Source: an uncultured Gammaproteobacteria bacterium
Lineage (GTDB): Bacteria > Patescibacteriota > Microgenomatia > Daviesbacterales > UBA10151
Assembly (NCBI GenBank): GCA_964393545.1
Contig: CAYMUB010000059.1
Span: 4,571 to 68,570, forward strand
Direction: 5' to 3'
DNA: 64,000 bases
Shown here: positions 56,859-64,000 of the stretch, piece by piece
Layout of the letters: each line of letters starts with the position of its first letter
Position numbering within the stretch: position 1 is the stretch's first letter
Translations under genes and position numbers: made by a program
Notes under the pieces: model-generated
Database searches by the model: none
Told to the model about the DNA's origin: nothing
What the model saw: only the letters and a program-made list of their open reading frames with translations

Positions 56859-58525
56859 GTTTAGCTTTGTCTATTAGTTTGCTCTGGCCTATTTTTGTTG
56901 CCCCAACCTTCACCCGCCACGACGATGTGGAAGTGATCAGATTATATGAAATGGACCGCTGTTTTAAAGATCATCAGATCCCCTGTCGCTGGGTTCCAGA
57001 CTTGGGTGGAATGTATGGGTATCCGCTTTTTAACTACTATGCCCCTTTACCCTATTACTTCGGAGAACTTATCTATTTTATAACTCATAGTTTAATAATT
57101 TCTTCAAAAGTCATGTTTATTGTCTCTTTTTTGGGTGCTTATATTTTTATGTATCTTTTAGCAAGAAAATTCTGGGGTAGTTTGGGTGGCAGTTTATCTG
57201 CCATTTTTTATAGCTTTGCTCCCTATCATGCTTTGGATTTTTATGTCAGAGGAGCAATGGGTGAGATGTGGGGATTAATGTTTTTCCCGGCAGTTTTTTG
57301 GGCAGCGGCTAAGCTTAATGAAGAACTGAAAATTTCTAATTTACTACTACTAGCAATTTTCCTGGCAGCTCTTTTTACCTCACATAATATTTCTGCTATG
57401 GTTTTTTTACCCTTTTATCTAATATGGAATTTAGTATTTTTCTGCAAAAGCAGAAGCAAAAAATTTCTTGTCTATGGGGTTGGGGCACTTATTTTAGGAA
57501 CTTTACTTTCAGCGTTCTATCTTTTTCCGGCCAACTTTGAAAAAGAGTTAGTTCATGTTGAAACAACAGTCATAGGATACTTTTCCTACACAGAACATTT
57601 TAAAGGACTTAGAAGACTTCTTTTGGATAGGGCTTGGGCTTATGGGCCTTCTGTTAGAGAAGTGCCTGGAGGGGAGCGGGATTTATTGTCTTATCAAATT
57701 GGATGGGTTCATCTGTTAGGTTTAGTTTTGGCATTAGTTTCAGTTAAGACCCTTTGGAATAAAAATAGACCACTGAGTTGGGTGATAATCTTTTGCTCCG
57801 CCTCAGTTGTATTCCTTGTTTTTATGATCCATCCCAGATCGGTATTTGTTTGGGGATTAATTGAACCTTTAAAATATTTACAGTTCCCCTGGAGGTTATT
57901 ACAACCTTTAATATTTTTTATCTCACTGGCAGCAGGAAGTATATTTGTTTGGGTAAGAAAGAAGAAGCAAATATGGTTGGTACTGGTTTTCTTGGTTGTG
58001 GTATTTAATTTCTCTTATTTTAAGCCTGAAAAGTTCATTCAAACTAGTGATGAAAAACTTTTAACAGGTAGTGAGTGGGAAAGACAAATAATGCGCTCCA
58101 TCTTTGATTTTTTGCCTAAATCTGCTAAAGAACCTCCTGCCCAGCTTGCTAAAGAAAGGTATGAGGTGTTAACAGGGAATAGTAAAGTCTATGATTTCAA
58201 AGAGGGAACAAACTGGTTAAATTTTAAAACAGAAACACAAACACATACTATCATCCGCTTATCCCAGTATTATTTTCCTGATTGGAAGATTCTTGTTGAC
58301 GGAAAGGAAGTAAAATTCGATTATAAAAACAATAGCTTGGGACTTATGACAATTCTTTTGGGAACTGGTAACCATTTTGTAGAAGCTAGATTATATGATA
58401 CTCCGATTAGGTCTATCTCTAATACGATAACCACTATGGCAATTTCTTTGACTTTAATTATATTTATACTGCATTTTGCAAAAGTAAGAAAATGGGTGGG
58501 ATATTATAGAAAGAGAATAAACTAA
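56822..58525 (+). CDS. Tandem paralog 4 of the same membrane protein family
   Basis: 567 aa; QIPCRWVPDLGGMYGYPLFNYY, LQFPWRLLQ. Confidence 0.6.
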   Translation: MDSIKKIWPFLVGLALSISLLWPIFVAPTFTRHDDVEVIRLYEMDRCFKDHQIPCRWVPDLGGMYGYPLFNYYAPLPYYFGELIYFITHSLIISSKVMFIVSFLGAYIFMYLLARKFWGSLGGSLSAIFYSFAPYHALDFYVRGAMGEMWGLMFFPAVFWAAAKLNEELKISNLLLLAIFLAALFTSHNISAMVFLPFYLIWNLVFFCKSRSKKFLVYGVGALILGTLLSAFYLFPANFEKELVHVETTVIGYFSYTEHFKGLRRLLLDRAWAYGPSVREVPGGERDLLSYQIGWVHLLGLVLALVSVKTLWNKNRPLSWVIIFCSASVVFLVFMIHPRSVFVWGLIEPLKYLQFPWRLLQPLIFFISLAAGSIFVWVRKKKQIWLVLVFLVVVFNFSYFKPEKFIQTSDEKLLTGSEWERQIMRSIFDFLPKSAKEPPAQLAKERYEVLTGNSKVYDFKEGTNWLNFKTETQTHTIIRLSQYYFPDWKILVDGKEVKFDYKNNSLGLMTILLGTGNHFVEARLYDTPIRSISNTITTMAISLTLIIFILHFAKVRKWVGYYRKRIN

Positions 58526-58529
58526 AATT

Positions 58530-59993
58530 ATGGTGGAAAGTGTTGAGCAAATAGACCCAACAGAAGGATTAACAGCGGAGGTTGTAAAGAAAAGGGTTGT
58601 TAAAGGTGCAGCCATACTTACGGCTAGAACCTTTTTGATGCAGGCTATCACTTTTGGGTCTACCGCACTTCTAACCCTGTTCTTAAGTCCTTCTCAGTAT
58701 GGAGTCTTCTTTTTAGTTTCAGCGGTTATTAATTTTTTGGCCTACTTTTCTGATATAGGTTTTGCAGCAGCTTTAATACAAAAAAAAGAACAATTAACAC
58801 AAATAGAATTAAAAACTGTATTTACTACTCAACAGATTTTAATACTATTGCTGATTATTTTAGTTTATATGACGACTCCAATAATCAAAAATATTTACCA
58901 TTTAAATGATGAAGCAATTTACCTACTTTGGGCCCTGACATTCTCACTATTGTTATCTTCATTAAAGGTTATTCCTTCTGTTTTAATGGAAAGAAAATTA
59001 GAATTTAATAAGTTAATTGTTCCTCAACTAGTAGAGACTCTTGTTTTTAATGTTGTGGCAGTATTTCTTGCCTGGAAGGATTTTGGGATAACTAGCTTTA
59101 CTATTGCTGTTTTAGTTAGAGGTTTTGTTGGTTTGCTATCAACCTATCTTATTCAACCATGGATGCCTGCATTAGCTTTTTCAAAAGATTCATTAAAATC
59201 TATTCTTAAGTTTGGAGTTCCTTATCAAATGAATACCTTGCTGGCAATGGTTAAGGATGACGGGATGACAATATTTTTAGGAAGCACATTAGGTCCAAAC
59301 GGGATAGGGCTTTTGGCTTGGGCTCAAAAATGGGCTTTTGCTCCCTTAAGATTTTTCATGGATCAGATTATAAAAGTAACTTTTCCGGCTTTTGCAAGAT
59401 TGCAAGATAATAAAAAAGAATTATCTCAAGCTGTAACTAAGTCTATTCTTTATATTTGTTTATTTGTTTTTCCATCCCTGGTAATGTTAGTACTACTTGT
59501 TCCCTCATTAATAGAAATAATTCCTAAATATAACAAATGGAATCCTGCTCTTTCAGCCCTAATAATTTTAACTGCCAGTTCAGCTTTAGCTGCCATTACA
59601 ACGCCAATTACCAATACTTTAAATGCCATAGGTAAGATTTATGTCACTTTTAAACTAATGATTATGTGGACTGTTCTAACTTGGGCTTTTGTACCAATAC
59701 TAGCGATAAATTATGGAGTGACTGGGGCTGCTTTAGGTTTTTCTCTAGTTGGTTTAAGTTCTATTATTGCTTTGATTATTGCTTTAAAATATATAGAAAT
59801 TGATTATTTAAAGATTTTAGGCAAACCTTTAATTACAGCTGTGATAGTAGGGTTAGTAGTGTTTGTAATTAAGTTATTAATACCCATTTCTTTGCTGCAG
59901 GTAATCGTCATGATAGTTGGGGGGTTAATAACTTTTTTTACATTGGTAGTTTTATTGGAACCTCAGATTTTAAATTATCTGAAAAAAAGATGA
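58530..59993 (+). CDS. Polysaccharide/oligosaccharide flippase, Wzx-like (MOP superfamily)
   Basis: 487 aa, ~12-14 TM, N-terminal region typical of polysaccharide biosynthesis protein family (ILTARTFLMQAITFGSTALLTLFLSPSQYG). Confidence 0.65.
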   Translation: MVESVEQIDPTEGLTAEVVKKRVVKGAAILTARTFLMQAITFGSTALLTLFLSPSQYGVFFLVSAVINFLAYFSDIGFAAALIQKKEQLTQIELKTVFTTQQILILLLIILVYMTTPIIKNIYHLNDEAIYLLWALTFSLLLSSLKVIPSVLMERKLEFNKLIVPQLVETLVFNVVAVFLAWKDFGITSFTIAVLVRGFVGLLSTYLIQPWMPALAFSKDSLKSILKFGVPYQMNTLLAMVKDDGMTIFLGSTLGPNGIGLLAWAQKWAFAPLRFFMDQIIKVTFPAFARLQDNKKELSQAVTKSILYICLFVFPSLVMLVLLVPSLIEIIPKYNKWNPALSALIILTASSALAAITTPITNTLNAIGKIYVTFKLMIMWTVLTWAFVPILAINYGVTGAALGFSLVGLSSIIALIIALKYIEIDYLKILGKPLITAVIVGLVVFVIKLLIPISLLQVIVMIVGGLITFFTLVVLLEPQILNYLKKR

Positions 59994-62900
59994 TTAAAAT
60001 CTTTTATTGTCTAATTTTTTTAGTGTTATCCTTTTTCCTTGACTCAGCAGTCCTTGCTCAAAGTAATAGTTTTGTTTCAGTTGTTAATCCAATCCGTGGA
60101 TCTGATTTTTGGTCTTTAAAAGACCAGGATCCTCAAACTGCCTTTTTTGGGCAAAGGGATATTCTAAAAAAACAAAACATAGAAGCTACCTGGTTAATCA
60201 GATTTGATGCTTTAGCAGATAACAAAATAATTGATTCCTTAAAGACTACGAGTGACGAGAAAGGACTGTTTTTAGAAGTAACCCCTATTTGGACTAAGGA
60301 AGCAGGAGTTGAATACCAAATTTCTGAAAGTTGGCATTCAGCCAAGAGTGCGTTTTTAACTGGATATGAGCCATATCAAAGAGAAAAATTGATTGATGCA
60401 GCATTTGAAAAATTCAAAAACATTTTTGGGAGTTACCCTAAGTCTGTTGGAGCATGGTGGATTGATAGCTATTCGCTTTCCTATATGCACAAGAAATATG
60501 AAATTATTGATGCACTAATTGTGGCTGACCAATATACAACAGATAATTATCAGATCTGGGGTCAGTATTTCTCTACTCCTTATTATCCATCTAGAGTGAA
60601 TGCTTTACATCCAGCACAAACTTTAGAAAATAAACTTCCTGTTGTTATCACTCAATGGGCTGCCAGAGATCCGGTTAATGGTTACGGAAATGGAGTCTTG
60701 GAAAGCACCTACTCGGTTCAAGCCAACGACTACCTGGACTATCACGATCTTGATACAAATTATTTTGAGAAATTAATAGATATTTATACCAAACAAAAAT
60801 TTAACAAGTTTGGCCATATTGTAGTGGGACTGGAGAATTCATATGAGTGGGGAAAGTATGCGAAAGAATATGAAAATCAAATTAAAAAGCTGGCCCAAAA
60901 ACGGAAAAATAACGAGATTTTTATAAGTTCACTGGCAAACTTTGCCAATTGGTATAAGCAAAACTTTCCTGATCTTTCTCCTGCTCAAATAATTATGGCT
61001 GATGATCCATTAGGGTCGGAGAAGAAGGTGGTCTGGTTTATGAACCGATTTTACCGGGCAGGCTGGTTTTATAATGAAGCAGGTTCTGTTTTTAGAGATA
61101 TCAGGCAATATATTGACGGAAAAGAAGAACTATGTTTGCAAAAAAGATGTGATGAGGTTAATTTTGCGACATCAGCTACCAGGGTTTTGGATGAAGTTTC
61201 ATTTGGACACAAATGGCTAATTGATGAGGGGAAGATATCAGATTTTAGATTATCTAAAGAGGGAGAAAAATACCTAATTACCTACGAAAATGAAGCAGAG
61301 AACAGCCGGAAGATAGAGTTTATGCCAAGAGATATTGGTGTTGACGGGAAGATCTTATCAATTGACACAACAATCCTGGACGCTATTAAAAGCGACACTC
61401 AAAATTTTAAAAAGAAAAATAACTTTGAAAAGAGTGGCTTTAATTGGAATATAGGAAGCGTTGTTTCAAAAATAACTAGATTTCTGCTATTTATTTTGAT
61501 TGTATGTTTAGTACCTGGCTTTGTTTTAACAAACAAATTATTCATGGAAGAGAAAATTCTTAAACGGGTTTTTATAGCAACTATTACAGGGTTTGTATTA
61601 ATAACTATTACTTTCTATGTAGCAAGTTTATTGAATTTTAGATTCTTGTTGTTTTTATATGTCTTAGTAAACTTATTTCTATTTTTTAAACTTAAACTCA
61701 CATCTACTTTTAAGATTACTATTCCCGATTTAAAAATAGTAGATCTAGTTATAGGATTGGTAATTATTATTGGTACTATCTTTCAAAATATCCCCAGCTT
61801 CAAAAATGGTTTAGTATTTTCCTTTGGCATGGGTTTTTGGGGGCCCAATACACATGATGGGGTCTGGCATATTAGTTTGATTAATCAGTTAGTTAAGGCG
61901 TTACCCGTACAAAATCCTATTTTTGCAGACAGTATTTTAAAAAATTACCACTTTTTCTATGATTTAATGATTGCGCAAGCGGTTTTTTTCACCCAAATAC
62001 CAGTTATAGATCTTGTTTTCAGGTTCTACCCAATCGTTTTTTCTTTGCTTTTAGGTATAGGCACTTATTACTTAACAAAATCCAAGTTAGCAGCTATTTT
62101 TAGCTTGTACTTTGTATATTTTGCCGGTAGCTTTGGCTGGATTGTTGACTTTATTAAACAAAAGACTTTTGCTGGAGAATCAGCTTTTTGGGCAAATCAA
62201 TCAATCTCCTTTAATCTAAATCCTCCTTTTGCAATTTCTCTTTTAATTATCATCGCCCTTCTTCTAATGCTAAATTCTAAAAAAATAAAATCTTTTAGAG
62301 GAATTATTATTATGGTGATTTTGGCGGGCAGCTTAATTGGGTTTAAATCTTATGCGGCAGTATTATTTTTCATTCCTCTTGCTATACTGGCTTTAATTAA
62401 TGTACTTAAAAAAGATTTTACGCTTCTGAGCGTTTTGGTACTTTCATTTATATTATCTCTTGTATTTTTCATTTCTAATTTTCAAACAAATCAACAGTTA
62501 GTAATCTTTTCTCCGTTCTGGCTAATACATTCCATGGTTGATTCCATGGATAGAGTGGGATGGGTGCGTTTGTCTCAAGCCCGGGTAGCTGGAATTGAGA
62601 CTAATAATTGGTTTAAATTTATTATTGCAGAAACAGTAGGGCTATTAATATTTATAGCAGGCAATCTGGGTATAAGGATTTTGGCTTTCTCTTCACTGTG
62701 GAAAATTAAGGGTATCTTAAAAGATAACAAGCAGTTGTTTTTATTTATTTTTTCTGTTGTTTCATTCCTAATTCCCATTCTTTTTATTCAGTCAGGAAAT
62801 CCCTGGAATACGATTCAGTTTTCTTATTATGGTTTGTATATAGCAGCAATAGTTGGAGGGGGGGTAGCTGCCTCATTTATTATTAAATTACCTAAAATTG

Positions 62901-63391
62901 TGGCAATTGTGGCGACTGTTTTGATTATAGTAATTACTCCAATTAACTCAATTACTACTTCAAGTTACTACCAAGGTTATTTGCCTCATGCCAGAATTGA
63001 CCCTCAAGAATTAAAAGCCCTGGAGTTTTTATCAAAGCAGCCGGAGGGGATAGTTTTGACTTATCCATACAATGATAAGCTTAAACAGTTAATCTTAGAG
63101 CCCTGGCCGCTTTTTGTATATGATAGTACTGCATATGTTTCTGCTTTATCTGATAAACCGGTGTATTTAGCAGATGAAGGGCAAAACCAGATCCTTTTAA
63201 CTGACTATAAGAAAAGATTAGTTGCCTCAAGGGATTTTTTTGGTAACTCAACCCGGGGCTATAAATTCTTAAAAAATAGTAATATAAAGTATATATACCT
63301 ACCAAAAGTTCATAAAGTCTCTTTAGGTAAAATAGATAATGTAAAGATAATTTTTGAAAATGAAGAGGTAATAATTTATAAAACAAAATAA
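59990..63391 (+). CDS. Large fusion protein: signal peptide + ~470-aa extracytoplasmic domain + C-terminal polytopic membrane domain
   Basis: 1133 aa; N-terminal cleavable signal; C-terminal >12 TM helices related to the partial paralog starting at 63391. Confidence 0.6.
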   Translation: MIKIFYCLIFLVLSFFLDSAVLAQSNSFVSVVNPIRGSDFWSLKDQDPQTAFFGQRDILKKQNIEATWLIRFDALADNKIIDSLKTTSDEKGLFLEVTPIWTKEAGVEYQISESWHSAKSAFLTGYEPYQREKLIDAAFEKFKNIFGSYPKSVGAWWIDSYSLSYMHKKYEIIDALIVADQYTTDNYQIWGQYFSTPYYPSRVNALHPAQTLENKLPVVITQWAARDPVNGYGNGVLESTYSVQANDYLDYHDLDTNYFEKLIDIYTKQKFNKFGHIVVGLENSYEWGKYAKEYENQIKKLAQKRKNNEIFISSLANFANWYKQNFPDLSPAQIIMADDPLGSEKKVVWFMNRFYRAGWFYNEAGSVFRDIRQYIDGKEELCLQKRCDEVNFATSATRVLDEVSFGHKWLIDEGKISDFRLSKEGEKYLITYENEAENSRKIEFMPRDIGVDGKILSIDTTILDAIKSDTQNFKKKNNFEKSGFNWNIGSVVSKITRFLLFILIVCLVPGFVLTNKLFMEEKILKRVFIATITGFVLITITFYVASLLNFRFLLFLYVLVNLFLFFKLKLTSTFKITIPDLKIVDLVIGLVIIIGTIFQNIPSFKNGLVFSFGMGFWGPNTHDGVWHISLINQLVKALPVQNPIFADSILKNYHFFYDLMIAQAVFFTQIPVIDLVFRFYPIVFSLLLGIGTYYLTKSKLAAIFSLYFVYFAGSFGWIVDFIKQKTFAGESAFWANQSISFNLNPPFAISLLIIIALLLMLNSKKIKSFRGIIIMVILAGSLIGFKSYAAVLFFIPLAILALINVLKKDFTLLSVLVLSFILSLVFFISNFQTNQQLVIFSPFWLIHSMVDSMDRVGWVRLSQARVAGIETNNWFKFIIAETVGLLIFIAGNLGIRILAFSSLWKIKGILKDNKQLFLFIFSVVSFLIPILFIQSGNPWNTIQFSYYGLYIAAIVGGGVAASFIIKLPKIVAIVATVLIIVITPINSITTSSYYQGYLPHARIDPQELKALEFLSKQPEGIVLTYPYNDKLKQLILEPWPLFVYDSTAYVSALSDKPVYLADEGQNQILLTDYKKRLVASRDFFGNSTRGYKFLKNSNIKYIYLPKVHKVSLGKIDNVKIIFENEEVIIYKTK

Positions 63392-64000
63392 TGCTAACCA
63401 TAATAATAAATATTCTCCTTTTTTTAGTTCTTATTTTTACATTCATTTATCTTCCAGGTTTTTTATTAATTTCAAAGGTTAAGGATGATTTAGATAAGGA
63501 AGAAGTTATTTCTCTTTCACTATGTCTTGGAGCTATTTTTTTAGTTTCAATAGCAGTCATATTTGGGATTCTTCATTTAAGGCTTCTTGTTTTACCTACT
63601 TTAATAGGGGCAAGTTTAATCTCGTTAGTTAAACTTAGGAAGTACATATTTATATATTGGATAAGCATCTTGAGAAATAGATTATTGCTGTCAGTGATCC
63701 TATTAGGCATTTTGATGCAGGGATTTATTAATTTCCCAAGCGGATTTCAATATAAAGAGGGACTACTTTTTTGGAGCTCCCAGGGTTTTGACGGTTTTTG
63801 GCAAATTTCGGTTATTGAAGAGATAAAAAAAGAATTCCCCCCTAAAATGCCCATTTTTTCTGGGGAAAATTTGTTTAACTATCATTATCTAGTTGATGTT
63901 TTAATGGGAGAATTTTCAAGAATTTTTCCGTTTTTTTCTTCATTGGACTTACATTTCAGACTATTCCCTATATTTTTCTCATTTCTTATGGGTGTTAGTA
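63391..64000 (+). CDS. 5' part of another polytopic membrane protein paralog (runs off window end; not in ORF track)
   Basis: Manual translation from ATG at 63391 is open to the window edge; motif WQISVIEEIKKEFPPKMPIFSGENLFNYHYLVD parallels WHISLINQLVKALPVQNPIFADSILKNYHFFYD in 59990..63391. Confidence 0.55.
   Translation, partial: MLTIIINILLFLVLIFTFIYLPGFLLISKVKDDLDKEEVISLSLCLGAIFLVSIAVIFGILHLRLLVLPTLIGASLISLVKLRKYIFIYWISILRNRLLLSVILLGILMQGFINFPSGFQYKEGLLFWSSQGFDGFWQISVIEEIKKEFPPKMPIFSGENLFNYHYLVDVLMGEFSRIFPFFSSLDLHFRLFPIFFSFLMGVS

Noticed and set aside
1-64000. Search for mobile-element hallmarks (integrase, transposase, reverse transcriptase/DGR, CRISPR-cas, toxin-antitoxin pairs)
   Set aside because: No ORF in the track shows recombinase, RT or Cas signatures, and no spaced direct-repeat arrays were seen. 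The only repeats are the duplicated 2.34-kb units and their 33-bp end motif.

Overview
This 64-kb window is AT-rich and gene-dense, with many overlapping gene ends, a class I LysRS and dozens of multi-pass glycosyltransferase-like membrane proteins. I infer, without being able to prove it, that it comes from a reduced-genome bacterium of the Candidate Phyla Radiation (CPR/Patescibacteria) type.

The first ~20 kb is housekeeping: CobA/BtuR-type corrinoid adenosyltransferase, Lon, membrane H+-pyrophosphatase, a histidine kinase with a single-domain response regulator, tRNA-Glu(CUC), GreA, class I LysRS, an HD-domain hydrolase, SerRS, SecA and glutamine synthetase. A very large cell-surface glycosylation locus (about 20.9 kb to the window end) follows. 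It carries at least 14 paralogous GT-C/ArnT-PMT-like or related multi-TM proteins, four of them in tandem at 51.9-58.5 kb. It also carries GT2 polyprenol-phosphate-sugar synthases (one fused to a GT-C domain), a Wzx-like flippase, a complete dTDP-L-rhamnose pathway (rmlABCD), GDP-mannose 4,6-dehydratase and a GalE-like epimerase. Within this locus, at 29.2-40.4 kb, lie TsaE, a lamin-tail-domain surface protein, an FtsEX plus M23 peptidase (EnvC-like) module, RF2, a TsaB-like mini-protein and a CAP-domain protein.

Two regions stand out:
- 35.2-37.5 kb, minus strand: a compact three-gene operon ending in a clear YcaO-domain protein (ATP-binding motif plus C-terminal Pro-rich tail). It is preceded by a 179-aa partner and a 155-aa protein whose C-terminus is Ser/Asn-rich and ends in ...GICCCT. 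This is a candidate RiPP-like (azoline/thioamide) or other YcaO-dependent modification system, unusual for this kind of genome.
- 7.8-12.5 kb: a tandem duplication of a ~2.34-kb unit between greA and lysS. Each unit holds an HExxH-motif paralog (427 and 438 aa) followed by an unrelated partner gene and a conserved ~33-bp terminal repeat. The two paralogs share a 100%-identical ~130-bp 5' block that stops abruptly, which looks like gene conversion, and the second unit retains a relic of the greA 3' end.

No CRISPR array, rRNA, integrase, transposase or reverse transcriptase was seen.
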